Assembly: GCA_964016885.1 (NCBI GenBank)
Contig: OZ024759.1
Coordinates: forward strand, 33,852,001 to 33,916,000
Length of the DNA: 64,000 nt
DNA from: Eledone cirrhosa
Taxonomy: Eukaryota
Reading direction: 5' to 3'
Below are positions 26,029 to 40,251 of this stretch, piece by piece (position 1 is the stretch's first letter; every line of letters begins with the position of its first letter). The notes beneath the pieces are model-generated. The model searched no databases. It was not told the origin of the DNA and saw only the letters and a program-made list of their open reading frames with translations. The position numbers and the translations under genes were made by a program.

Positions 26029-26035
<7 letters not shown>
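25655..26035. mobile_element. Near-perfect fold-back element, family F (152-bp arms), in (TA)n with a hammerhead in the spacer
   Basis: Arms 25655-25826 (with a 20-bp tandem duplication) and 25884-26035 are reverse complements. Confidence 0.85.
25835..25877 (+). ncRNA. Minimal hammerhead ribozyme (G8>U, probably inactive copy)
   Basis: GTAATC-CTGAATA-tTTCT aata AGAAt-GAAA-CGCG-TA-GATTAC; perfect 6-bp stem I, palindromic ACGCGT. Confidence 0.65.
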
Positions 26036-26088
<53 letters not shown>

Positions 26089-26390
26089 TCTGATGTTGAA
26101 GGAATGTGAACCCCATAGGTAGTACAGTTTAACTATCATCTTATACGTCTACCTTACGAGTTCTGTTACTCTGGAGATTTACCTGTTTACCTAGTGGATG
26201 ATGACATACTCTCATGGTCCTGCTGAAACTCCAAAGTAGACTCCTAAACTAGCAATAATATATGTATATACATATATATATGCAATACTATAGGGGATGT
26301 CCTAGTAATAATAATAAAGAATGTGAAGAGGAAATCCGAAGCTGGCTCGATAAGGATAATAAGGATAACTTTAATCTGTTATTTTAATAA

Positions 26391-26478
<88 letters not shown>

Positions 26479-27401
26479 CGTACATACATGTAAGTATGCA
26501 TATATATTACGTTTGTGTGCGTTGTGTAACTGTGTGTATATATAAGAGAATCACGAATGCAATGAATAATAAATAATTATCTTTAACCCTGTGGGGCAAG
26601 TTTTGATGTTCAAGTAAGTATAATGTAATATACAAAAGGATTAAAAGAAAATATAACTAAACATATCTGCAAGCCCTGGTGTGGACTTTTATGATATTTA
26701 ATTGAAAATTCCCATAGCGAAAACACACAATTCTGAATAGAAAATAAATAATCGAAGTGATTGGTGTACATTCTTCAAATAGATCGTGCTAAATGTTACT
26801 TTACTGATTAGTTAATAGAATGTCCAATAAATAATTTGAAAAAAAATTATATTTAAATTTGTAAATGTTTGCAGCATTTATGCTGGAAGAGGAGCAGAAC
26901 TGAGAGACGTGTTACTATAGAATAATAAAGAAGTGTCAACATTCGTAGACAGAATATAAACAACAACTTCAAAACAAAATGGCGTTTCTTTACTTTGTGT
27001 TAAAACAAGTATATTGCAGCACGGATGTTTCATACTATTTCAGTTCCAGAATAAATTCTAGATTACATTTGCTACAAGAAAAAAAAATGAGTGGAACTGA
27101 CGAAAAAGAAAATACGAAGAGAAACAACTAAATTATGTATAATTACAGATAGAAATAAATAAAAATAGAATAAAAATTAAATATAGCAAATTATAATAAA
27201 AATATTGTATAAAATGACGGAGGATTAAAAATAAAAAAAAATTCTCTTTTTAAATGAAATCAAATTGAATCGAATCAAAATGGTTTCATTGTTTGAATCC
27301 GGAAATGCAGAGATTTAAAATTCCAATACATAGGTATATTTACCACGATGGTTTATTTTGTCGGAAACGGAAGGGAAAAATATACTACAACTAGTAGTAG
27401 C

Positions 27402-27438
<37 letters not shown>

Positions 27439-27774
27439 CTAAGAAAAAAGGAGGAAGGGGAGATGAAGAAGGAGGGAAGGAGTAGAATAAGGAGAAGGAG
27501 TAGGGGAAAATAGAAAAACTATTAATTAAAATGATTATGACTCCGATGGAACTGACATATTTCTATAATATATATAAATATACACACACATTATATATAT
27601 ATATATACACACATTATATATATATATATATATATACACACACAAACACATATATATACATACAGACTCAAAGATATATATATATATATGTATAAACACA
27701 TTCACACACTTATATATACATACGCACTTAGACACATATATACACGCACACTCACACATATATATACTAAAACA

Positions 27775-27809
<35 letters not shown>

Positions 27810-27903
27810 TCACACACATAATATATATATACCAACTCACACACACATATATATATTTGCATACACACTGACATACATATATATATATATATACATACAC
27901 ACT

Positions 27904-27973
<70 letters not shown>

Positions 27974-28202
27974 CATACACACTCACACTTATATATACAT
28001 ACACACACACCCGCATATATATATACATACACACACACATACACACACACACACACACACACATACATACTCGCACACATCCATACACACATTCACACAT
28101 GATGTAGGAAGTTTGTATTGTAAATCATAGGAATTTAGATTTATCCGTTGTCTTCCATTTTTGAATTATTTCTTATTATTACAAAGCCTAAATATGTTCA
28201 GA

Positions 28203-28260
28203 GATGACATCAACACGTGACATCACCACGTGACATCACCACGTGACATCACCACGTGAC
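28203..28260. repeat. 13-bp tandem repeat carrying four CACGTG E-boxes
   Basis: (CACGTGACATCAC)n. Confidence 0.85.
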
Positions 28261-28344
28261 TTTAGAAATGGCAGTATTGCTATTTCTTTCTCTTTTACAC
28301 TTGGAGGTTTTACTTTAAGTTAACATTAAGGCTTTCACACACAG

Positions 28345-28362
28345 TCTCTCTATATATATATA

Positions 28363-28438
<76 letters not shown>

Positions 28439-28597
28439 TATATGTGTGTGTGTGTATGTGTGTGTGTGTGTCTGTGTGTGTGTAATATACACATGTACAT
28501 ATACATATTTATATATACACATTTATATATACATGATACTTACATATATTTATGAAAATGTGTATATATAGAGAGAGAGAGAGGGAGATAAATATAT

Positions 28598-28689
<92 letters not shown>

Positions 28690-28775
28690 CACATGTACAT
28701 ATACACATTTATATATACATAATACTTACATATATTTATGAAAATGTGTATATATATATAGAGAGAGAGAGGGAG

Positions 28776-28810
<35 letters not shown>
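28345..28810. repeat. Local tandem duplication (~200 bp) built on microsatellites
   Basis: GTAATATACACATGTACATATAC...TACTTACATATATTTATGAAAATGTG occurs twice. Confidence 0.8.
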
Positions 28811-28814
<4 letters not shown>

Positions 28815-29024
28815 ATGCACATGCAACCTACTATATATTTATATGTAGATGTATGTAGGTTTCCTGGGAATGTATACATAACCTCTATACTGAACGATGA
28901 GTGTTTATCTAAATACGTAAGTTTATGTATATATTAAATACCTAAGTTGGTGGGATATCACGTTTCTGCTTTAATAAATCTTCAATTCATTGCTGTAGAA
29001 TTATAAACACACACACACACACAT

Positions 29025-29067
<43 letters not shown>

Positions 29068-29071
<4 letters not shown>

Positions 29072-29270
29072 AACGAGTAGGACCCCGACGGCTGAGCTCA
29101 AGCCGTTTCGACAGCTAATTCTGGACTAAATTTAGTCCAGAATTAGCCGTCGAAACGGCTTGAGCTCAGCCGTCGGGGTCCTACTCGTTCCTATTACCCA
29201 CTCTACTACCCTAAGTATTGAGTACTTTGGTGCGTTATGGTCCATCTGGTTCCTTACCACATTTCCTCCG

Positions 29271-29274
<4 letters not shown>
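29068..29274 (+). mobile_element. Family B palindromic TA-targeted element
   Basis: Arms meet at GACTAAATTTAGTC; (TA)n on both sides. Confidence 0.9.
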
Positions 29275-29330
<56 letters not shown>

Positions 29331-29630
29331 GTATATACATACACATAAATATATATATACGTATTTACATACATTCATACACAGAGTTATATATATATAT
29401 ACGCATATACATACACACTCACCCACTATATATATATATATATAATGTATGGGTGTGTGTTCTACATAGCAAAAAAACACAGAGATAGTGTGAGAAAGAG
29501 AGAAAAGAGGAGAGAAAGAGGAAGAAAGAGGGGATGAGGGGGAGTGGGTTACAAATGGTGACGTCCGTTCATTATATGCAAATGTTTTCCTGCGTATATT
29601 TTCTGCTTACACACACATATATACACACAC

Positions 29631-29690
<60 letters not shown>

Positions 29691-29713
29691 CATATATATA
29701 TATATATATATAA

Positions 29714-29801
<88 letters not shown>

Positions 29802-29818
29802 TGCCGGATCTCCATAAC

Positions 29819-29854
<36 letters not shown>

Positions 29855-30704
29855 TACATATATACATAAATAAATATATATATGTAATGTCCACTCAACG
29901 GTGCGTATATTAGGTTTACAAGGAAACATTCTTTGTATATATCCAATTAATAGTCACACACCGTGCATGTTTATACACCAGTAGAATGAACAATTAACCA
30001 AACACTACATATCTATATTTAGATAATGTCTTACAGATTCTGGTAGTTACGGCGATTTGTTCAAGCTATTTTCTTTCTTTCTTTCCACCCAGGTACATGT
30101 AGGAATATATCAATAGTATATGAGTAAATTAAGAGAAACATCTATAGAAGCTAGCGATATATTTGTAGCTGATCATTGCAAACGATGTTTGCTTCACTAA
30201 ATCAATATCGATAACGAAGTAATTTATATAGAGAGTTAAATTTGGAATATATAACGATTGCATTTCCTTTAGTCCGTGTTACAAGAAAGAACACCTCGAA
30301 TTAAAAGTAGGAAGCAAGACACGGTTAGGTGTCTAATTGGTTCTATTGAGTTCTAGATCGAACTGTCGAATTAGAGGTCTTGTACTGAAGGTGTATTCTA
30401 CCAAATATCATGCTGTTTACCTTTCTTTCACAAATGATATTAAGCAGTTAAATTTAATAAACATGCCACCGTGACAGCGTGTACATATTTGACGTTGGAC
30501 ATTTTCACGTGAGGATTAATTAACTCGCTTAATAACAATTCAATTGATACATTACAGAATCTTTACGCATTTCAAATATGTTGAAAGCTTCTAGAATCGG
30601 TTATTGTTCATGGCTAGAAAGTGTCCACTGTCACCAAAGCCGTATATTGAATAGGTGCCTACACTATTTCAGTAGCACTTTGTTATTAATAACAAAATGT
30701 CCCA

Positions 30705-30769
<65 letters not shown>

Positions 30770-30852
30770 TTTATATATATATATATATATATTTATTACT
30801 GGAATTCTATAAGAATCCAGCTTCTATAATTTTCGGCGGAAGCAGTGGGTGC

Positions 30853-30898
30853 GAGGTTCTGATGAACGCCAACCAGCGTGAATCAGACTGTCAGCTTC
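30853..30898 (+). ncRNA. Hammerhead-like motif (A15.1>U)
   Basis: GAGGTT-CTGATGA-ACGC caacca GCGT-GAAT-CAG a CTG-TC-AGCTTC; outer stem TTTCGGCGGA/TTCGCCGAAA. Confidence 0.55.
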
Positions 30899-31080
30899 TC
30901 TCCCTTCTTTCGCCGAAAAGAAGTAAGTGACGTAGTCACTACTTTAAAACTGATAGCGTATGGTCTTCTAAATATGTTTAATTAAACATACGGTATATTG
31001 CCAAATATACTATACATACATTCATGTATATATATATATATATATATATATATCCCGGTTTCAATCGGGGGTAACCACAG

Positions 31081-31153
<73 letters not shown>

Positions 31154-31161
31154 GTATATAT

Positions 31162-31281
31162 ATAACAAAGGAATTGTGGTAAGGAACCAGATGGACCATA
31201 ACGCACCAGAGTACTCAATACTTAGGGTAGTAGAGTGGGTAATAGGAAATTGTATGACCCCGACGGCAGAACTCAAGCCTA
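31162..31281 (-). mobile_element. Family B element, 5'-truncated without inverted arm
   Basis: Tail and half arm, (TA)n on both sides. Confidence 0.85.
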
Positions 31282-32141
31282 TATATATATATATATGCAT
31301 GGGTGTGTGTGAAACCTGAAATGTAGTTATCCCAACACATATTGACTACAACTCTAAGCTATCACAACACCACACTGATCAAGATTAAGTGGTCAGCTCC
31401 TCAAAACTGACGTCATTCTTGTAACACATGCTCCCAACTCCAACATGTATTGGCGTAGTGCTGTTGTTGTTGTATTATTGTTGCTGGTTTTGTTGTTGTT
31501 GGTGGTGGTTGTCTGTGTGTGTCTGTGTGTTGTTGTGTTTTTGTTTTTAGTTATTGTGTTGTGTTGTACTGTTCTTGTTATTTCGTTGCTGTTACTGTTG
31601 TTGTTGTTATGTCCGTGTTGTTCTTGTTGTCGTTATGGTGGTGTTGTACTATTACACGCGTTGTTGTTGTGTTGTTGCTGCTGTTGTTGGTGTTGTTTTG
31701 CTGCTGTTGCTGTTTTGTTATTGTTGTTGTTGTTGTTGCTCTGCTATTGCGGTTGTTTTCGTCATCGTATTTTTTGTTGTTCTTGTTGTTGTTTTTGATT
31801 TATTTGGCTTCGACTGGATGGCACTTCTTATTCCAGAGGGAGGCTATTCATTTCAGTAGCGTCTGATAATGTCTTTGAGGATGATGAAGTTGTCTTTGGC
31901 AAGGACGTGTCCACCTGACACAGCGAGTCAACCACCTTCTATCTCTCGCCATTTTATCAGTATATCTCTTACCTCACATACACCGATCACTTTCAAACTA
32001 TCTCCAATGATAACATCTTTCCACAGACATACTTCTTACCTATCAGCGTAATATATGCGTGTACCTGTATTAGCAGACATACACATACACACAAACACAC
32101 AAGAATTGGTAGACATGCTAAGGCGATATATATACACAGAC

Positions 32142-32207
<66 letters not shown>

Positions 32208-32212
<5 letters not shown>

Positions 32213-32390
32213 AACAAGTATGACCCCGACGGCAGAGCTCAAGCCGTTTCGACGGCTAATTCAGTCCAGAATTAACCGTCGAAATGGCTTGAGCTCTGCC
32301 GTCGGGGTCATACTTGTTCCTATTACCAACTCTACTACCCTAAGTATTGAGTACTTTGGTGCGTTATGGTCCTTGCCACATTTCCTTCGT

Positions 32391-32392
<2 letters not shown>
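32208..32392 (+). mobile_element. Family B palindromic TA-targeted element
   Basis: Inverted arms and tail with a small deletion. Confidence 0.9.
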
Positions 32393-32446
<54 letters not shown>

Positions 32447-32841
32447 TATATACACACGTTTCTATACATGCATACGTATATATATATATATAGATAGATA
32501 TATAGATATACACACACACATATATATATATATATATATTATATATTATGAATTACTTTTTGCTTCTTGCTCACATTAATTTCTCTATTTTCATTTATAT
32601 ATATATAGATAGATAGATAGATAGATATACACACACACATATTTATACATATATATATATATATATATACATACATTCACACATACATAGATTCACACAC
32701 ACAAATACAAAGACACACACACACACGTACAAACACACACACACATATATATTTGATTGTGTTTCGATGTATTGCGTGTGTGTTTTCATCTATATAACGA
32801 CCAAATGAAGTTGCGATTTTGTTATATAAACATTCAGACAC

Positions 32842-32901
<60 letters not shown>

Positions 32902-32956
32902 GGACGTCGATTTTCGTTAATTCCTGAGCTGAAAACGATTCTCGCTAATTTATATT

Positions 32957-33004
<48 letters not shown>

Positions 33005-33049
33005 TGTGCATATTATATATACATATATATATATATATACATATATGTG

Positions 33050-33124
<75 letters not shown>

Positions 33125-33133
33125 ACATATATA

Positions 33134-33164
<31 letters not shown>

Positions 33165-33182
33165 ATGTATGTATGTATGTAC

Positions 33183-33229
<47 letters not shown>

Positions 33230-33774
33230 TGTGCATGCATACATACATACACCTCCTCTCTTTCTCTGTCTTTCTTCCTCTCTCTTTATCTCTCTCATAT
33301 AAACACATATATGTTTCTCGAGTCTAACGATATTGCCATCAGACATACACACAACTCAACATTCTCCTTATATCATTTCATATTGATATTTTTCTACCAC
33401 TTTCAACCCCCCCCCTCTCCTTCTCACCCCGCTCCTGTCTCTCTCTCCATCCTATGTAATACGATAGTATTTTTGTCTAAAACGTCACTTATATAAACTA
33501 TCTGATATGATTTCAACTGAGACACCAGCTGCCATATTGTAGTGTTGTTCTGTTTTTACTCTGAATTAATGAAACTTTGAAATGACTTTGGATTATTTGC
33601 TTCTTTTACGAAATGATCCAACAAATATTCATATAAAATTACACTTAGTTCTTTCATATCTAGCTTTAGTTTTATAAGTTTTGCTATAATTTAACACTTG
33701 CTCTTTGGAAAATATATCGACCATTATATGTCTATAGTTTACTTTCGAAAACTCTCTCGCTTTCTCAGCCCATC

Positions 33775-34021
33775 TATTGGACGTCCAAAAGTTAATCTGA
33801 TAAAATGGAGATATTTTTTAAAGGATGGAGATGTTTTGTGTGGCTGCGGCATCGAACCACTGACTACGCAGTACCTCCTAATATGCACCCTGCTGGAACA
33901 CCCCTGCATAGCATTAGACCTGGCAGAGTTTAAGGAGAAAGGATAGTAATGTGTTCAGTTGTTGCGGAACCACATCTAATCATGCTTTGTAACTGACTCT
34001 TGTGGACACAAAAAGAAGAAA
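33775..34021 (+). mobile_element. Vingi/Ingi-type LINE 3' fragment
   Basis: GRPKVNLIKWRY...CGCGIEPLTTQYLLICTLLEHPCIALDL (degenerate C-CG..T..H...C finger) and GACAC-AAAAAGAAGAA tail. Confidence 0.6.
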
Positions 34022-34084
34022 AACCATTCTATCTCTCTCCCTGTCGTTACTCGCTCTCTCTTTCTCACCCCATCTCTCTCTCTC

Positions 34085-34141
<57 letters not shown>

Positions 34142-34236
34142 CGCTCTCAATCAAATAAACATATATATATATATAGATATATATATATAACTACATATAT
34201 ATACATTTGTACATACCCACTCACGCACACAAACGA

Positions 34237-34279
<43 letters not shown>

Positions 34280-35049
34280 CATATATATATATATATAGTG
34301 TATGTGTGTGCATTAAAGTATATATCCTTCGGCCTCTTTAGAGATCATCACAACCGAATCTATTTCGACGCCAAACACACACACACATACACACATACAC
34401 ATACACAAACACATATATACAAACACACAGAGTCATATACAGATAGAGAAAAAGAGAACATCATGGGAATCGTAACTAACCGAAGACATCAATAATTCTC
34501 CTTCTTGTAATCTGTAAAAATTCTAACGTTTCTTCTATCACCCACTTCAAAGTCCAATATTTCAAGAACGGTTCGAATTAAGATCAATGAAATCATATTT
34601 GGAGAGTGTCTCAATAAGTTTGAGTGGATTCCTTTTCGTCGCGTTGACCTTATTTTTGTTGTTTAGCTCCAGGTCGACCTCCATTGAGCAAATATATGAT
34701 CACACAAATCTCATCCATAAACATAGCATATTTCTCCCTTTATACTTACTTCAATGTCTTCCCACCTCTCTTTCCAACTCTCCCTATATATCTATCTCTC
34801 TTTTTCACTCTTATTTCTCTCTCCTATTTCTTCATTCTCCTTAATTTTCTTCCTCCTTCGATCTATATACTTCATTCCTTCTTTCCTCTATCTATTTCTT
34901 CGACCACCTCATTCTTTCACACCCTCCTTCTCCAAATCAAATTCACTGCGCTACATTTAAATTCTTGACTACTGGCGAATTGGCAATATCTCTACTAGTT
35001 CAATTCATCTTCTAATCTGTTACAAGGGAAAGTATTGCTAATATATACG

Positions 35050-35131
<82 letters not shown>

Positions 35132-35168
35132 CATACATACATACCTATATATACAAACACGCACACAC

Positions 35169-35199
<31 letters not shown>

Positions 35200-35233
35200 T
35201 ATAAGCATACATACATACCTATATATACAAACA

Positions 35234-35292
<59 letters not shown>

Positions 35293-35382
35293 GTTTGTAA
35301 GTGAAAATGTGAAAATTCGTATTTTAGCTCGTAGGTTCATGAAGCTATATATAGCATACGATTGATGTGATTTATTTCTCTC

Positions 35383-35423
<41 letters not shown>

Positions 35424-35976
35424 GTTCAATATATAGGAAGTCTTCTGTAGGAATAGAACTATTTCAATTTGTATGAACTCATCGTGATGTTCTCAGACAA
35501 ATGAAACAGTTCTAGTTCTGTAGGCGAAATGTCTATATATAGGAAAAGATGTCTATACGGTGTTTACCCCTTTCCCGACAATACTCGGGAACCTACACAC
35601 TTATACATAAACAGGCGAAACTCCAGAGTAACAAGACTCACTCTTTACCCTAAATGTCAGGTATATATATATATATATATATAACATCTATATCTGACGA
35701 CCGATCCAGACGTATATTATTATCGCCTTTGATCCAGAAACCTTTGGAAATGGAGTAGTTATATTTTATGTTTTCACTTTCTAAATAAATACATATATAT
35801 AAAGAGAAAACGAGAGAGTGTGAGAGAGAGAGAGAGTGAAAGAGAGAGAGAGAGAGTGAGAGCGAGAGAGAGAGAGGGAGAGAGAGAGAGAGAGAGTTTC
35901 AGAATATCCCGTAATAGGGTGTAAGCAGACATTATTTGCTTTAACTTTAATTTGTACTAATAATAATAATAATAAT

Positions 35977-36041
<65 letters not shown>

Positions 36042-36044
<3 letters not shown>

Positions 36045-36133
36045 CGAAGGAAATATGGTAAGGAACCAGATGGACCAGAATTAGCCATCGAAACGGCTTG
36101 AGCTCTGCCGTCGGGGTCATACGTGTTCCTATA
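36042..36133. mobile_element. Internally deleted family B element
   Basis: Inverted tail (AAGGAACCAGATGGACC) fused to AGAATTAGCCATCGAAACGGCTTGAGCTCTGCCGTCGGGG. Confidence 0.8.
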
Positions 36134-36625
36134 TATATATATATATGCGTGTGTGTGCGTGTGCGTGCGTGTGTGTGTGTGTGTATGCGTGGGAGTGTGT
36201 CATCTGTACTTATACAACTTGATAGTCAAATACATAGCTCGCTAGCTAGATAGATGGATATGTATACAGCTTTGGACATGGACAGGTTTTTTTTTCATAT
36301 GTAATGAAACTTCATGTTGGCTCTCTATCATCTTAGATATGAAAGAATTCTTCGGAAGCACACGATTCATTTTTTTTTTTTTTTCCTTACAGATATACGA
36401 TCTATTGAGACTTTCTAAAAGTATTGTCTGTCAATTCCGATGACGTTGGTCTCAGAAATGGCTGCAAAGTATTTATTCTTTCAAGGGGAAAAAAAATATG
36501 TATGGTAAATAAGACTTATAAATATTTCCATTTATTCAGAGATAGGTTAGACAATGACGAAAATGAAGACATCAACTTAATGTTAAATTTAGCGTATTAT
36601 AATATAACAATTACTTGTCATGACT

Positions 36626-37135
36626 GGTGTGGTGTTGTGTGGTGTGTGGTGTGTGATGTGCTGTGGTGGGGTGTAGTGTGGTGCACTGGTGTGGTGTGGT
36701 GTGGTGCTGTATGGTGTGGTGTGGTGTGTGGTGGAGTGTGGTGTTGTGTCGTAATGTGTAGTGGTGTTGTGTCGTAGAGTGTGTAGTGGTGTCGTGTGTG
36801 GTGCGGTGTGGTGTCGTGAGGTACGTGGTGTGGCGTTGTGTGGTATGTGGTGTGGTGTGTGGTGTGGTGTAGTTGGGTGTAGTGTGGTGTGGTGTGGTGT
36901 GGTGTGGTGGTGTGTGGTGTGATATGGTGTGGTGTGTGGTGTTGTGTCGTAGTGTGTAGTGGTGTCGTGTCTGGTGTGGTGTGGTGTGTGTGTGGTGTGG
37001 TGTGATGTTGTGTAGTGTAGTGCAGTGTAGTGCGGTGTAGTGCGGTGTTATGTAGTGTTGTTTGGTGTGGTGTCGAGTGGTGTGTAGTGGTGTTGTGTGG
37101 TGTGGTGTTGTGTCGTTTGGTTTGGCGTGGTGTGG
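36626..37135. repeat. Degenerate (GTGTG)n pentanucleotide array
   Basis: Directly visible. Confidence 0.9.
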
Positions 37136-37184
37136 AAATGGCTGAAGTATAATAACCAAGTGATATGTTTTGCATGAAAACAGG

Positions 37185-37595
37185 AACAACAACACTGTTA
37201 ACAACACATGCTATAAGACCAACCACACCAACAACAGCTATCACAACAACTATAACAGCCATAACAACAACAGCTATCACAACAACTATAACAACCACAC
37301 CAACAACAGCTATCACAACAACTATAACAACCACAACAACAACAGCTATCACTCCAACTATAACAACCATAACAACAACAACAATCACAGCAATAACAGC
37401 TACAACAACAACAACTATAACAACAACAGCTACACCAACAACTACAACAAGCACAACAACAGTAACTGCTATAACAACAACAACAGCAATAACAACAACC
37501 ATAACAACAACAACAGTTATAACAACAACCATAACAACAACAGCAGCTATAACAACAACCACAACCACAACCATAACAACAACAACAGCTATATC
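37185..37595. repeat. Cryptic (ACA)n array with ATA/GCT/ACC variants, in-frame Thr/Ile/Ala-rich
   Basis: Directly visible; ORF 37165-37647. Confidence 0.85.
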
Positions 37596-38045
37596 AACCG
37601 GTTATAGTTGTAGTAAAATCTGTATTTTAATGGGCTTAACATATTGATTTAGAAACAATTTAATTAATAAAAATTAAATTGTTAATAATTAGAAGAAACC
37701 ACATTAATTATGGTGTAGTAATTCTAATTAATTTGAACGCCAGAGTTGAGATATGTGGACTTATCCGGTGTTTTATGACAAATATAATATGTTTAATACT
37801 TTAAGATTCAGGATAAATTGTCGCTAGTAAATGTGAATTCTTGGAGAGAGAAATCTTTTGTTTCCTTTAAACAGCTGCTACATTTAAATTGTCATCATCA
37901 TCATCATCAGCATACTCGTAATCCTCATTCATCACCATGTTCCTCCTCATTCTCTTGTTCATTCCCCAACCTCTCCGTTCTCTAACTCTTCCTCTGCTAC
38001 CACCGTCTTCTCCTCAGTCTCCTCATCCTCATCATAACCTAGCGA

Positions 38046-38810
38046 GGACAAACCCCTTAGATACTGTATACACGTTGGTAGATAAAGCAGACAGCTCCCT
38101 ATATAAACTGGCCATTCATCTATAGAGAAACAAACCCCTTAGATCCTATATACACGTTGGTAGATAAAGCAGACAGCTCCCTATATAAACTGGCCATTCA
38201 TCTAGAGAGGAACAAACCCCTTAGATCCTATATACACGTTGGAAGATAAAGCAGACAGCTCCCTATATAAACTGGCCATTCATCTAGAGAGCAACAAACC
38301 CCTTAGATCCTATATACACGTTGGTAGATAAAGCAGACAGCTCCCTATATAAACTGGCCATTCATCTAGAGAACAACAAACCCCTTAGATCCTATATACA
38401 CGTTGGTAGATAAAGCAGACAGCTCCCTATATAAACTGGCCATTCATCTAGAGAGGAACAAACTCCTTAGATCCTATATACACGTTGGTAGATAAAGCAG
38501 ACAGCTCCCTATATAAACTGGCCATTCATCTAGAGAGGAACAAACTCCTTAGATCCTATATACACGTTGGAAGATAAAGCAGACAGCTCCCTATATAAAC
38601 TGGCCATTCATCTAGAGAGCAACAAACCCCTTAGATCCTATATACACGTTGGAAGATAAAGCAGACAGCTCCCTATATAAACTGGCCATTCATCTAGAGA
38701 GGAACAAACCCCTTAGATCCTATATACACGTTGGTAGATAAAGCAGACAGCTCCCTATATAAACTGGCCATTCATCTAGAGAGGAACAAACTCCTGAGAT
38801 ACAATATACA
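38046..38810. repeat. 82-bp minisatellite, 9 copies plus partial
   Basis: GCAGACAGCTCCC recurs at 38087, 38169, 38251 ... 38743 (period 82). Confidence 0.95.
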
Positions 38811-39194
38811 TGTTATATGGAGAGCACATGCCGGGGATAAAGGGCCACATCCCTAAACACAAGGGCCGCTCTCGTAGATAGAGTAAACACACCCCTTATA
38901 TACAGGAACACTCTTCTTGTAAATTGACTACCAAATATACATCAAATATGGTGGCCTAGAAAGTCATTTCTCTGCAGGTTTGGCATTATCTTGTTTCTAT
39001 ATTTGCTCTGCAGTGACCACAACCCCATTGAGTAGCTGACATTCAAAGTACAGGTACTCAGTACAAGCACCAGTGATGAAGTACGATCATATACCCATAT
39101 CGAAACTCAACCAATAAACATACACATTTACATAAACCAGATAACGAACAAATAGAACCGGAACCTACCGAACCGAAATCCACCTACTGTCAAT

Positions 39195-39370
39195 TAATTC
39201 TTTGTACTTATGGCACAAGGCCAGCAATTATCCCGGTACTTTATTTTATTGACCGCGTAAAAATGAAAGGCAATGTTAACCTCGGTGAGATTTGATCTCC
39301 GAAAGTAAAGGTGCGGAGCTATGCTGCAAAGCATGGCGTCCGACCCACTACTGATACTGTCAATCCACCT
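39195..39370 (-). mobile_element. SINE family A, diverged
   Basis: Head, core and tail recognisable. Confidence 0.8.
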
Positions 39371-39745
39371 AATGTCTATTAATTAAACACAAACCCTATT
39401 TGGTAAACCAGAACAAATTGAATGACACAAACCTACGATTCCAAGCGACCCTTTAAACAAACTCCAACGAAGCCTAACATTTAACTTGACCAACAGTAAT
39501 CAAGAGACATGGACATTTTAATATTAGCTCGGTAAACTTCTCGGCTCAGTGTTTAGTATTGATTTCGCCTATTATATACGTCGTATTGCAATCGTTTGTT
39601 CTCGAATCATAGATTCTTCAATATTTAAAGACAGACAAATCGAAATATCCACACAGACACATCCATAGGAATGCGCATACACACACATATACGTGTTCCT
39701 GCTTTCGCCAATAACAAATAACGTGACAAAGGACTATTCTTTCTG

Positions 39746-39749
<4 letters not shown>

Positions 39750-39790
<41 letters not shown>

Positions 39791-39822
39791 ACATATATAT
39801 TTGTATTACATGTACATATATG

Positions 39823-39882
<60 letters not shown>

Positions 39883-39917
39883 AACATATATATTTGTATT
39901 ACATGTGCATATATGTC

Positions 39918-39957
<40 letters not shown>

Positions 39958-39992
39958 CACATATATATTTGTATTACATGGACATATATGCC

Positions 39993-40042
<50 letters not shown>

Positions 40043-40077
40043 AACATATATATTTGTATTACATGTGCATATATGTC

Positions 40078-40127
<50 letters not shown>

Positions 40128-40168
40128 AACATATATATTTGTATTACATGTACATATATGTCTGCATA

Positions 40169-40175
<7 letters not shown>
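39750..40175. repeat. Tandem repeat (5 units) of a ~50-bp motif plus variable (TA)n
   Basis: ATATATTTGTATTACATG occurs 5 times at 80-100 bp spacing. Confidence 0.9.

Positions 40176-40251
<76 letters not shown>

Noticed and set aside
38046-38810. CRISPR-like array
   Set aside because: Contiguous 82-bp tandem units with no unique spacers, no cas genes, eukaryotic context
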